Assembly (NCBI RefSeq): GCF_000936425.1
Contig: NZ_AVFK01000047.1
Span: 1-32,000 of the forward strand
Source of the DNA: Skermanella aerolata KACC 11604
Lineage (GTDB): Bacteria > Pseudomonadota > Alphaproteobacteria > Azospirillales > Azospirillaceae
Direction of reading: 5' to 3'
Length of the DNA: 32,000 nucleotides
Shown here: positions 16,657-25,490 of the stretch, in pieces
Position numbering within the stretch: the stretch's first letter is position 1
Layout: each line of letters opens with the position of its first letter
Translations under genes and position numbers: made by a program
Notes under the pieces: model-generated
Databases searched by the model: none
What the model saw: only the letters and a program-made list of their open reading frames with translations
Told to the model about the DNA's origin: nothing

Positions 16657-18435
16657 GTGGGACCGATGACCATGAAAAGGGCTCATCTGCTCACCATCGG
16701 GCTGACCTGCGGCGTGGCGGCGTTGGTGAACGGAGCGCTGGTGCTCCGTGACATGCCCGCGCTCGGACTGCTCAGCGCGACCGCGCAGGGTATCGACACG
16801 CGCATGCCGTCGATGCCTATGGCCTCGCCCGGCGAGCCTGAAGCGGTCTGCCCGCCGGGCAACGACGAGGCCCGCGCCGGCATCACCGTCGAGGGGGTGG
16901 AGATCGCCCCCTCGACCGCCTGCGTCGCCGACGATCCCTATGTCGTCGCGGCATCGGTCCTGGGCACCAACAACGTATCGGAAGATACGCTGATGCGCTC
17001 CGGCCTGTCGCGCGACGCCGTCATCAAGGGCCGCGACGGCGATCCCAACTACGTCGAGATCCACCTGGAGGTGGCCGAACTCAACGGGTTCAACCCTGAC
17101 GGCGGGCCGCCGCTCCCCGGCTACGCCATCGCCCCCGGCATCAAGCCCGGATTCTGGACATTCGCGCCGAAGCATCGCGGGATGTCCACGGTCAGTTCGG
17201 AATCCAGCGACGCCGGCCCGCTCCTCCGGATGCCGCCGCCCTCGATACGGGTCAAGGTCGGCGATACCCTGCGGATCGTACTGGAGAACACGCACTACCT
17301 GCCGCACACGATCCACCTGCACGGCGTCGATCACCCCTATCTGAACTCTGCCGGGGAAGGCAACGACGGCGTGCCGATGTTCGGCGAGGAAGCCGTCCAG
17401 CCCGGCGAAAGCCGGGTCTATGAGGCCAAGCTTCGGCATGCCGGCACGATGTACTACCACTGCCATGTCGATGAGCAGGCGCACGTCCCGATGGGACTGG
17501 CCGGCATGATAATCGTCGAGGAGAAACAGGCGGAAACGCCGGTCCAGACCCTCAACATCGGCGCCGGCGAGGTCAGGTACCGGTCGGGAGCGGTGCGCAG
17601 TGCCGGCTATGCCGGTGAACACGACCTCGTCTACGGCGATGTCCTGCGTGGGCTGAACAGCCTGCTTTCGACCTCGAACAATGCCCGCGTGATCGAGCGG
17701 CACATCCAGCAGGACTTCAACGTCACCCAGGCCCAGCCGGAGTATTTCCTGCTCAACGGCCGAGCATTTCCCTACACGCTGCGGGAATCCATGATCGCGA
17801 TCGAGCCGGGCCAGCGCGTTAAGCTGCATGTGCTCGACGCCAGCAGCGAATACATCGCCCTGCACACGCATGGTCACAAAGTTCTGATCACGCACCAGGA
17901 CGGGGTCGCGGTACCGCCCGGCGCCCGGACCATGCGCGACGTGGTGGACCTGATGCCGGGCCAGCGGGTGGACCTCGACCTCGATGCCACGGATGACGGC
18001 CTGCACAGCTACGGTCCCGGACTGTGGATGATCCACGATCACCGGCCCAAGGCTGTGACCAACAACGGGATCGGACATGGCGGAAGCATGACCTTCCTGG
18101 CCTATCCCGGATTCCTCGACACTCAAGGCATACCTCGCGCGGCGGCTGATTTGGCGAAGCTTTTCGTGCCGGGCCATTACGCGACCCATGCGTCGGGCAT
18201 GCCGATGCCGGACGGTGCCGGCTCCACGTCTGGTTTCGCCGGGACGGACTGGGCGGGAACCTTGAGGATGGTGGCGCTGCCCTTGCTGCTCACGGGAATG
18301 CTGGTGAGTTTCGGCAGCCTGTTCCGGCGGCGGCGCGCAAGTACTCATGGAGCGGAAGTGAACGGCCGGAACGAACGATCCCCTTCGATCAGAACGATCC
18401 ATTCAGCGAAAACAGCGAAAGGACGACGGAAATGA
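16657..18435 (+). CDS. Two-domain-type multicopper oxidase with a C-terminal membrane anchor
   Basis: Copper motifs occur in the order HTIHLHG (17305-17325), YHCHVDEQAHVPMG (HCH at 17458-17466), HTHGH (17863-17877) and IHDH (18031-18042). The T1 plus half of the trinuclear ligands are therefore in the first cupredoxin domain and the remaining His pairs in the second. The N-terminal region is Met-rich (MPSMPMASPG). A hydrophobic C-terminal helix (LRMVALPLLLTGMLVSFGSLF) is followed by RRRR. The start is uncertain: GTG 16657, or ATG 16666 or 16672. Confidence 0.85.
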   Translation: MGPMTMKRAHLLTIGLTCGVAALVNGALVLRDMPALGLLSATAQGIDTRMPSMPMASPGEPEAVCPPGNDEARAGITVEGVEIAPSTACVADDPYVVAASVLGTNNVSEDTLMRSGLSRDAVIKGRDGDPNYVEIHLEVAELNGFNPDGGPPLPGYAIAPGIKPGFWTFAPKHRGMSTVSSESSDAGPLLRMPPPSIRVKVGDTLRIVLENTHYLPHTIHLHGVDHPYLNSAGEGNDGVPMFGEEAVQPGESRVYEAKLRHAGTMYYHCHVDEQAHVPMGLAGMIIVEEKQAETPVQTLNIGAGEVRYRSGAVRSAGYAGEHDLVYGDVLRGLNSLLSTSNNARVIERHIQQDFNVTQAQPEYFLLNGRAFPYTLRESMIAIEPGQRVKLHVLDASSEYIALHTHGHKVLITHQDGVAVPPGARTMRDVVDLMPGQRVDLDLDATDDGLHSYGPGLWMIHDHRPKAVTNNGIGHGGSMTFLAYPGFLDTQGIPRAAADLAKLFVPGHYATHASGMPMPDGAGSTSGFAGTDWAGTLRMVALPLLLTGMLVSFGSLFRRRRASTHGAEVNGRNERSPSIRTIHSAKTAKGRRK

Positions 18436-19004
18436 TTGGCGGACGCTGCGGAATTGCGCTTCTTGCCTTCGCTTTGCCGATACTGCCTGCGATGGTCGTG
18501 GCACACCCTTACATCGTGGGGTCGGAAGTCGAGCCCGGAGAACATTTCGAAGGCAAGCTCGTGCTGACCCATGACTGCAACAATCAGCCGACTGTCGAAG
18601 TGGTGCTGCGGATGCCCAGGGAGGCGACCCATATCGAGGCGGACAGCCCCAAGGGCTGGAAGAGTTCGGTCGATCCGGCGAAGGGCGAGATCGTCTGGCA
18701 AGGCGGCCCGACACCGGACCGGATGGAGCTTGGGGTATCGTTCGAAGTCCCGCAGGTCGCGGAAGGCACGAAACTCTACATCCCGGTCGTCCAGCGCTGC
18801 ACGGGTGGCGAGGTCCAGCGCTGGGTGGAAATGCCCGACGCGGAAAAGAAGCAGGAAGACTTAGGCTTCCCGGCAGCCTTCGTGATCGTCGGTAAAAAGG
18901 CCGACCTGCCCGAGGGTGAGGAAGCAGCCGACGAGGCGGCGGCGGGCGGCGGGCATAAGCATCATCACCACGGACATCACGGCGATAAGAAGCCGTCGCA
19001 ATAG
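18432..19004 (+). CDS. YcnI/DUF1775-like periplasmic copper-binding protein with an acidic, poly-His tail
   Basis: The ATG overlaps the MCO stop (ATGA at 18432-18435). The signal peptide ends VVA/HPYIVG. The DUF1775-like core reads ...PKGWKSSVDPAKGEIVWQGG...LYIPVVQRCTGGEVQRWVE. The C-terminus is EGEEAADEAAAGGGHKHHHHGHHGDKK and has no TM helix. Confidence 0.75.
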   Translation: MIGGRCGIALLAFALPILPAMVVAHPYIVGSEVEPGEHFEGKLVLTHDCNNQPTVEVVLRMPREATHIEADSPKGWKSSVDPAKGEIVWQGGPTPDRMELGVSFEVPQVAEGTKLYIPVVQRCTGGEVQRWVEMPDAEKKQEDLGFPAAFVIVGKKADLPEGEEAADEAAAGGGHKHHHHGHHGDKKPSQ

Positions 19005-19047
19005 GTCGGCAACCGACATGCGGCAAGGCTGACGACGGAACCAACAC

Positions 19048-21348
19048 ATGCGACAGGGCGGCACTTCAGCAGGGGGAAGACCCTTCCGGGCGGCATTGAT
19101 CTTCATGCTGATCCTGTGCTGGTTCTGTGCTGCCGGCAGCGCCCCGGCGCGGGCCCACGCGATGCTCGTGGGGACCCAGCCCGCCGCCGATGCGCAGCTC
19201 GAACGCGCGCCCGACCGGTTTCAGTTCGAGTTCAACGAGCCGGTCCTGCCGCTCCGGTTCAGCCTGTTCGACCAGACCGGCGCTCCGCTGGCGCTCAATC
19301 CGCCGCAGCGGGAGCCCGGCGACCGCATCGTGCTGCGGCCGGAGGCGGCGCTGGGATCCGGGACCTATCTGCTGAGCTATCGCGTCACCTCGGCGGACGG
19401 CCACCCAGTCGCCGGCTCGGTCCGGTTCCAGGTCGGCGCCGCCGAAACCTCAGCCATCCGCAGCGAGGCTCTCGCCCGCCTGCAAGCCGAAGCGGGGACC
19501 GAGGCATGGCGATGGACCGTCGTCACGCTGCGCTGGCTGCTCTACGCCTCCCTGATCTTCGGCGTGGGCGGCGCCATCGCCCTGGCCCTCATCAAGGCTC
19601 CGGCGTCGATCATGGGGCCGGCCCGCAAGATTGCGCTCCGAGCCTGCGGCTGCGCCGCCGTCCTGCTGGTGCCCTATCACCTGTTCGCCACTGCGGCACT
19701 CCTGGGGGCGACCGGTTTCGCGGTGCTGATGCCGGGAACATGGTGGCTCATGGTGTCGGGGCCGCGTGCCTGGACTCTGGCGGCGACGGCCGCCGGACTG
19801 GCCGCCATCATCTGGCAGCTGTCGAAGGCAGGCAACAAGCTGGTGACGGCGGCTGGCGCCATCGTCGTGGCGCTGGGATTCACCCTGACCGGCCACACCG
19901 CCAGCGCGGAGCCGGCGGCCCTCGTCCGCTCGGCGCTGATCCTCCACATCCTGACGGGTGCGTTCTGGCTGGGGTCCCTGCCTCTCCTGCTGCTGGCCGC
20001 GCGGAGGCTGACGGCGCCGGAGGCCAAGACCGTTCTGGGACGGTTCGCCATCGTCGCGGGGCCGGCCGTCCTGGTGCTGCTGGCCTGCGGCGGGCTGATG
20101 ACCTGGGTTCAGACCGACGGCGACCTGACGGCGCTGTGGACGTCCGACTACGGGGTGCGTCTGAGCGTCAAAGTCCTGCTCGTGTTGGGGCTCCTGGCGG
20201 TCGCGGCCGTCAATCGGGCGAAGCTTACCCCGTCCTTGGCGACGAGGCAGTCGCCCGGCGGCAAGCGTTGGCTCGTCCGGCTGCTGACGGTCGATCACGG
20301 GCTGGCTTTCGTCGTGGTCGCGGCGACGGCGATCCTGTCGCTCGACCCTCCGCCCCGTCTCGCCATGCTTCACGGCACGCACGGCATCAGCCCTTTGGCG
20401 ATGGGATCGGAGATGCGGCTGAGCGCCGGGGAGGAGAAGCTGACTGTCCTGTTCTCCCCCAGCGTGACCGACAGGACGACGGTGACGCTGGACTATCTCG
20501 ACGCCGAGGGCAAGCCGGCGGCGGTCGGGGAAGCGGATCTGCGTCTGGCCCTGCCGGAACGCGGCGTCGAGGAAATGCAGTGGCGGGCGCATCGTGACGC
20601 CGGCGGCAAGCTGCGCGCCGAGAACGTGACCGTTCCCTTCGCCGGCCGCTGGACGCTGGCGGTCGATCTGTTCGTCGACGACTTCACCAAGCGGACCTTC
20701 ATCGGGGAGGCGCGGTTCGACGCAGGCCCCGCGGGGCACGACATGGCCGCGATGGGTGGCGGCGCGCATGAGGGGCCGCACGTCATGATCAGCGATCTCG
20801 ACGGCGCCGTCATGAACGAGAACGCGGACCATCTGCCGATCGACTGCAAGAGCCTGACCGGCGATATCGCGATCACCCTGCATGCCGGCAAGCGCTATGC
20901 CCTGCCCGGCTTCGTGTTCGGCTACGACCGCTATCAGTGGGATGTGCCTGCGTGCAGCCGCGTGACCGTGACGATGGTCAACGAGGACCATGTCCGCCAC
21001 CAGTTCATGATGCACGGCCTGCCGCGCTATCTCTATCCGCAGGGCATGATCCACCTGGAGGCCGATGGCGGAACGAGCCGGCGCGCGACCTTCATCGTGC
21101 CGGCGGCGCCGAAGACCTATTTCGTCCACTGCGACATGGCGCAGCACACTGAGAAGGGCCTGAAGGCCCAGTTGAAGGTAGCGGGAGGCAACGGAGACCT
21201 CCCCAACATCCCCGGAATCACTGCACCCAATCCAGCGGAGGCCGGCCCTGTCCAATGGGTTCCGGCGACCTACCCGACGATCATCGCGGGCCTGCTGCTG
21301 CTCGTGGTGCCGCTGATCTTCGGCGCCGCCGCGTTTGCGCGGCGCTGA
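19048..21348 (+). CDS. copCD: CopC-CopD fusion (YcnJ-like) extended by a YtkA/FixH-like domain, a cupredoxin-like domain and a terminal TM helix
   Basis: 766 aa. The signal peptide ends [12 protein letters not shown], followed by a CopC fold ([20 protein letters not shown]). About 8 hydrophobic helices (CopD) follow, then a beta-rich segment (LTVLFSP...RWTLAVDLF). A His/Met-rich linker ([18 protein letters not shown]) precedes the cupredoxin-like VRHQFMMHG...[15 protein letters not shown] (Cys codon at 21130-21132). The final TM helix is [19 protein letters not shown]. Confidence 0.85.
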   Translation: MRQGGTSAGGRPFRAALIFMLILCWFCAAGSAPARAHAMLVGTQPAADAQLERAPDRFQFEFNEPVLPLRFSLFDQTGAPLALNPPQREPGDRIVLRPEAALGSGTYLLSYRVTSADGHPVAGSVRFQVGAAETSAIRSEALARLQAEAGTEAWRWTVVTLRWLLYASLIFGVGGAIALALIKAPASIMGPARKIALRACGCAAVLLVPYHLFATAALLGATGFAVLMPGTWWLMVSGPRAWTLAATAAGLAAIIWQLSKAGNKLVTAAGAIVVALGFTLTGHTASAEPAALVRSALILHILTGAFWLGSLPLLLLAARRLTAPEAKTVLGRFAIVAGPAVLVLLACGGLMTWVQTDGDLTALWTSDYGVRLSVKVLLVLGLLAVAAVNRAKLTPSLATRQSPGGKRWLVRLLTVDHGLAFVVVAATAILSLDPPPRLAMLHGTHGISPLAMGSEMRLSAGEEKLTVLFSPSVTDRTTVTLDYLDAEGKPAAVGEADLRLALPERGVEEMQWRAHRDAGGKLRAENVTVPFAGRWTLAVDLFVDDFTKRTFIGEARFDAGPAGHDMAAMGGGAHEGPHVMISDLDGAVMNENADHLPIDCKSLTGDIAITLHAGKRYALPGFVFGYDRYQWDVPACSRVTVTMVNEDHVRHQFMMHGLPRYLYPQGMIHLEADGGTSRRATFIVPAAPKTYFVHCDMAQHTEKGLKAQLKVAGGNGDLPNIPGITAPNPAEAGPVQWVPATYPTIIAGLLLLVVPLIFGAAAFARR

Positions 21349-21410
21349 AGCCCGCTCGGATGCCCGATAAGGACATCACGTGGAAAAACCCGACCAATGG
21401 GAGAGGAAAA

Positions 21411-22046
21411 ATGGCCTGGTGGAAGAAGCACAGCAACGGAAACGGAAACGGAAACAACAACAGGGTCGGCGATAGCTCGATCCACATACACCCCTCGGTG
21501 GATCACGGCGTCGTCCCCGGCAGCGCCAACTTCGGCGGCGGGACCTTGCGCTGCCATTGCGGCCGCGATCCGGTGGAGGTCACGATCAAGGGCAACTCCG
21601 CCCATAACCATGTCTGCGGCTGCACCAAGTGCTGGAAACCGGACGGAGCGCTGTTCTCGATGGTCGCGGTCGTGCCGCGCGACAATCTCCGGGTCACGGC
21701 CAACGCCAACAAGCTGAAGATCGTCGATCCCTCGGCGGCGATCCAGCGCCACGCCTGCGTCGAATGCGGCGTCCACATGTACGGCAGGATCGAGAACAAG
21801 GGACACCCGTTCTACGGCCTGGATTTCATCCACACCGAACTGTCGAACCAGGTGGGATGGAGCGCTCCGGAATTCGCGGCCTTCGTCTCGTCGATCGTCG
21901 AGGCCGGGACCCGGCCCGACGACATGCCGGCGATCCGCGCCCGCCTGCGGGAACTGAGACTGGAGCCGTACGACTGCCTGTCTCCCGCCTTGATGGACCT
22001 GATCGCCGCCCATACCGCCAAGTCCAAGCGTCTTGAGACGGTCTGA
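21411..22046 (+). CDS. gfa: S-(hydroxymethyl)glutathione synthase (glutathione-dependent formaldehyde-activating enzyme)
   Basis: Internal ATG of track ORF 21255-22046, with GGGAGAGGAAAA upstream. Signature motifs [44 protein letters not shown] and [13 protein letters not shown] match Gfa as I remember the Paracoccus enzyme. There is an extra N-terminal [20 protein letters not shown]. Confidence 0.88.
   Translation: MAWWKKHSNGNGNGNNNRVGDSSIHIHPSVDHGVVPGSANFGGGTLRCHCGRDPVEVTIKGNSAHNHVCGCTKCWKPDGALFSMVAVVPRDNLRVTANANKLKIVDPSAAIQRHACVECGVHMYGRIENKGHPFYGLDFIHTELSNQVGWSAPEFAAFVSSIVEAGTRPDDMPAIRARLRELRLEPYDCLSPALMDLIAAHTAKSKRLETV
21435..21461 (+). repeat. In-frame microsatellite (AACGGA)x3 (AAC)x3 encoding NGNGNGNNN
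   Basis: Read directly in the 5' end of gfa. Confidence 0.9.
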
Positions 22047-22079
22047 CGGCTCGGGCGACTGATTCCCGATTGAGAACCG

Positions 22080-22535
22080 ATGGAAGGACGCGGCAGGCGC
22101 ATGGATCAGAGCGGAACCACGGGGCGCGTGTCCGGGACACGACGCATGGGATGGATCGGCATCGTCGCCGTCCTTGCCATGCTCGTGCGGGCGCTGGTCC
22201 CGGAGTTCTCCATGGCGCTTGCCGGCCCCGCCGGGCAGCATCCCGTCGAGCGTCCGATTGCCGCCGTTTCGGCCGACTGCCATGACGGCGCTTCCTTGGC
22301 CCAGCCGGGTCCCAAGCCCGCTTACGATCCCGGTTCCGATCCTGGTCCCGGCCAGCCATATGGCCCCCATTGTCCGTTCTGTCTGGTTCAGCATGCGGCC
22401 GCCCTGCCCCCGCCGCCGCAGCCCGAAATCTTCATTCCCGCTGAGGACGCCAACTCGCCGTCGCTGCCGGAAACGGATGCAGCACCTCAGCGCCGGCTGC
22501 CGAGCCCGATCCAGCCGAGGGCGCCGCCGGTCTGA
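22080..22535 (+). CDS. DUF2946-like small exported/membrane protein (HCPFC motif)
   Basis: N-terminal hydrophobic segment WIGIVAVLAMLVRALV, a Pro-rich middle, and a GPHCPFCLVQHAA motif characteristic of DUF2946. The start is uncertain (22080, 22101 or 22146). Confidence 0.6.
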   Translation: MEGRGRRMDQSGTTGRVSGTRRMGWIGIVAVLAMLVRALVPEFSMALAGPAGQHPVERPIAAVSADCHDGASLAQPGPKPAYDPGSDPGPGQPYGPHCPFCLVQHAAALPPPPQPEIFIPAEDANSPSLPETDAAPQRRLPSPIQPRAPPV

Positions 22536-22594
22536 ACTTCCCGACCGAACATCCACGATACCCGCTGAAACTCTGACGCGACGGAGTTCCGACC

Positions 22595-23983
22595 ATGACC
22601 CATGTCCTGGGCCAAGCGCGCCCTTACGCCGCCGAGGCGGCACCAGCCGGTAAGCTGTACCGCGCCATCTGGCGCTGGCATTTCTATGCCGGCCTGCTTG
22701 CAGTCCCCTTCATGATCCTGCTGGCCGTCACCGGCTCGCTTTATCTGTTCAAGGATGAGATCGACAACTCAGTCTTCGCCTACCGCAACGTCGTCGCCGA
22801 AGCGGCGACGCCTCCCCTGCCCGTCAGCGTCCTCGCCGCAACGGCAGCGGATGTCGTTCCCGGATCGGCGGCGACCGTCTACCGGACGCCACGCAGCGCC
22901 ACCGGCTCCGCCATGGTCACCGTCAAGACCGATACGGACGGCGACAGCGGCGGCAACATTGTGTTCCTGAACCCCTATTCTGGAGCGGTCCTCGACGTCG
23001 TTCCGGCCCATGGCGAATTCCAGTGGGTGGTCAAGCGGCTGCATAGCCTGGAATATTTCGGCGACTACACCAACCGGATCATCGAAGCCGTCGGCGGCTT
23101 CGCCCTGGTGCTGGTGGTGACCGGGATCTATCTCTGGTGGCCACGCGGGCAATCGGGCGGCGTTCTTACGGTCCGGGCGCAGCCGGCGCAGCGGGTCTTC
23201 TGGCGCGACCTTCATGCGGTCACGGGCGCCGTGGCCGGTCTGGTGATCTTCTTCCTCGCCCTCAGCGGAATGCCGTGGTCAGGGTATTGGGGCAATGCCG
23301 TCAACAAGATCGCCAGCGACAATGGCGTCGGTTATCCGAAGTTCCTGTGGGACGACGTACCCGTTTCGAAGGTCCCGGCCAAGGACGCCTTGGGCAAGGT
23401 AGGCTGGACGGTCGAGAACGCGCCGATGCCGCTTTCCGGAGCACCTTCCGGCGGCGGCGCTCCGGTCGGCATAGACAGGGCGGTCGAGGTCTTCAAGGCG
23501 CGCGGCATCGGTCCGGGTTTCGATGTCACGCTGCCGGACGGCAAGACCGGCGTCTACTCGGCATCGCTGTTCCCCGACATGATCCAGGACCAGCGCATGA
23601 TCCACCTGGACCAGTATACCGGAGAACCGCTCGTCGACCTGAACTTCGCCGACTATGGCGGTTTCGCCAAGGCGGTCGAACTGGGCATCAACATCCACAT
23701 GGGGCAGGAGTTCGGGCTGGCGAACCAATTGCTGATGCTGACGACCTGCCTTGCCATCATCCTGACGTCGGTGGCGGCGGTGATCATGTGGTGGAAGCGC
23801 CGGCCGAGCGGCAAATTGGGCATTCCACCCTATCCACGGGGCCGCGCCGCTTATATAGCACTCTGGGTCGTGGCGGCCATCTTCGGCATCGCTTTCCCGA
23901 TTACCGGGCTCGCCATACTGGCGATGCTGCTGATCGACGCCGCGATCATGGCGATCGCGTCGCGCAGGCGTTCACCGGCTTAG
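22595..23983 (+). CDS. PepSY-associated TM-helix protein (PiuB-like)
   Basis: 462 aa. It has the LYRAIWRWHFYAGLLAVPFMILLAVTGSLYLF opening typical of this family, a large periplasmic region and C-terminal TM helices. ACGGAG lies upstream of the ATG. Confidence 0.75.
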   Translation: MTHVLGQARPYAAEAAPAGKLYRAIWRWHFYAGLLAVPFMILLAVTGSLYLFKDEIDNSVFAYRNVVAEAATPPLPVSVLAATAADVVPGSAATVYRTPRSATGSAMVTVKTDTDGDSGGNIVFLNPYSGAVLDVVPAHGEFQWVVKRLHSLEYFGDYTNRIIEAVGGFALVLVVTGIYLWWPRGQSGGVLTVRAQPAQRVFWRDLHAVTGAVAGLVIFFLALSGMPWSGYWGNAVNKIASDNGVGYPKFLWDDVPVSKVPAKDALGKVGWTVENAPMPLSGAPSGGGAPVGIDRAVEVFKARGIGPGFDVTLPDGKTGVYSASLFPDMIQDQRMIHLDQYTGEPLVDLNFADYGGFAKAVELGINIHMGQEFGLANQLLMLTTCLAIILTSVAAVIMWWKRRPSGKLGIPPYPRGRAAYIALWVVAAIFGIAFPITGLAILAMLLIDAAIMAIASRRRSPA

Positions 23984-24006
23984 GCGCGCGAGGGGAGCGG
24001 GGGGGA

Positions 24007-24036
24007 GCCACGTCGGGTCTTACTACCCGACGTGGC
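24007..24036. terminator. Perfect 12-bp stem / 6-nt loop hairpin between convergent genes (GCCACGTCGGGT cttact ACCCGACGTGGC)
   Basis: Read directly. It sits between the PepSY stop (23983) and the csp1 stop (24047), so it is likely a bidirectional terminator. Confidence 0.6.
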
Positions 24037-24046
24037 GAGCCTGGGG

Positions 24047-24529
24047 TCACGCGTCGACCTTGCGGCACTCCTCCGCGCAGGAAGCGCAGGCGTCCGCACA
24101 GGCCTTGCAGGTCGCATGCTTCTCGTGTTTCCGGCATTCCTTCTCGCAATCCTGGCAGACTTGCAAAACCACCTTGCTCATGGCCGGGACGTAGCTGGAG
24201 CCCATGGCGGAAAGCTCGGCGAGGCTGCCTGTCGCGGCTATCAGTTCGCGAACCTTGCTTGCACAGACTGCAAGGGTGGTGTCACCCCCCGCGAAGGTTT
24301 CGAGGCAATGATTAAGGCATACTTCGCCCGTCGTGACGCAGTGGGTGGCCTCCTTCATGAGGTCGCCGTACTTCAGCTTGCCCATGCCGGCGTGGTCATG
24401 CCCGTGCTGGTGTTCGTGCACATGCTCGCCGCCTGCCGGCTTTTCCGGCTGCTGTGCGGCAGCTATCGCGGTCGTAGCAAGGACGCTGGTCGCCCCCGCC
24501 GTCAGGAAGATGCGTCGGTCCATTTCCAT
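24047..24529 (-). CDS. csp1: Csp1-type four-helix-bundle copper storage protein, Tat-exported
   Basis: ATG at 24529 with GGAGG 6 nt upstream (the track ORF start at 24718 is too early). Tat motif MDRRIFLTAGA. His-rich stretch HVHEHQHGHDH. Twelve Cys in heptad-like spacing end ...CKACADACASCAEECRKVDA, closely matching my memory of Methylosinus trichosporium Csp1 (...CKACGEACQACAEECHKVAA). Confidence 0.85.
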   Translation of the reverse strand: MEMDRRIFLTAGATSVLATTAIAAAQQPEKPAGGEHVHEHQHGHDHAGMGKLKYGDLMKEATHCVTTGEVCLNHCLETFAGGDTTLAVCASKVRELIAATGSLAELSAMGSSYVPAMSKVVLQVCQDCEKECRKHEKHATCKACADACASCAEECRKVDA

Positions 24530-24635
24530 AAGCCACCTCCATGTCAAAGTGCGTAAGTTCGGGGTAATCTCCCGCAGTCGGCCGGAGCCGCTGTTGGTCC
24601 AGCGATTCCGGCTGCTGAGGCTATTCAGCCTTGCG

Positions 24636-25490
24636 CTAAGCGTCGATTGACCCGGTGGCGCGACCTTGCTTGCAGTAAGCTGGGTCGACAAATGATGCCC
24701 GCTGGTTCTGCTCGGCAAGGAATGCTGGCGGCAGATCGGATACTTCGACGATTTGGGCGGGTGCCACGGCGATCATCGAGCGCAGCAAGCTGCGGAGTTC
24801 CCGAATGTTGCCGGGCCAGGGATGGGTCATGAAGATTTCCCAGACTTCCTTGCTGAGATATTTGGCTGACTTCACGCTTAAGGCTTCCTGTTCAACATGC
24901 AGGAGATGCCGGATCAGCGCTCTCCTGTCCGGTCGCTCGCGCAGCGGCGGCAGACTGATCTGAGCGCCATTGAGCCAGTCGTACAAGTCGCGGCGGAACG
25001 AACCTTCACATACCGCATCCGACAGAGTCCGATCGGTCATCGCAATGACTTGAACATCGATGGTAATGCGATGTCCCGATTTCCGAAATACGGTCTGCCG
25101 GTACTCGAGGGCCCGGAGAAGCAGCACCTGGAGTTCCGGAGTGAGGTCGCCGACGGCATCGAGCAGCAAGGTGCCTTTGTGCGCATTTTCGAACGCGGGT
25201 GGCGCCATACCGCCCTTTGTGGCGCCGAGCAGTTTTTCCGCTATGGATCGGGCCGGCAGCGTGTCGAAGCCGAGCCGAACCAGAGGCCGATGGCGGCGCA
25301 GCCCTCGGGCATGTATCTGGGTGACGATATAGTCTTTACCGACGCCCGATTCCCCGGACACCAGGATGGGAAGAGTGGCGGCCTGTGCATGCTTCGTGCA
25401 GGCAACGGCCCGGTCGAGTATTGTATCCCGAAATTGGACATTTTGAAAAACCGGGAGGAACGGCATTGATTGAGCGAGTTGGATCGCCAT
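24636..25490 (-). CDS. Stand-alone degenerate AAA+ domain, paralog of the MmoR central domain (no sensor, no GAFTGA loop, no HTH)
   Basis: Walker A GESGVGKDY is identical to MmoR. A long colinear match is RRDLYDWLNGAQISLPPLRERPD...HPWPGNIRELRS versus MmoR RRDLYYRLNGAQIWLPPLRERPD...HPWPGNIRELRN. The GAFTGA region is replaced by LGATKGGMAPP and Walker B reads LLLDAVGD. The protein ends without a Fis-type HTH. The start at M 25490 (ACGGAG upstream) is assumed; the ORF is open to 25667. Confidence 0.7.
   Translation of the reverse strand: MAIQLAQSMPFLPVFQNVQFRDTILDRAVACTKHAQAATLPILVSGESGVGKDYIVTQIHARGLRRHRPLVRLGFDTLPARSIAEKLLGATKGGMAPPAFENAHKGTLLLDAVGDLTPELQVLLLRALEYRQTVFRKSGHRITIDVQVIAMTDRTLSDAVCEGSFRRDLYDWLNGAQISLPPLRERPDRRALIRHLLHVEQEALSVKSAKYLSKEVWEIFMTHPWPGNIRELRSLLRSMIAVAPAQIVEVSDLPPAFLAEQNQRASFVDPAYCKQGRATGSIDA

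Noticed and set aside
24530-24718. The long form of the csp1 ORF (start at 24718), which overlaps the AAA+ gene
   Set aside because: ATG 24529 has a GGAGG RBS at ideal spacing and is immediately followed by the Tat signal. The upstream extension is non-homologous.
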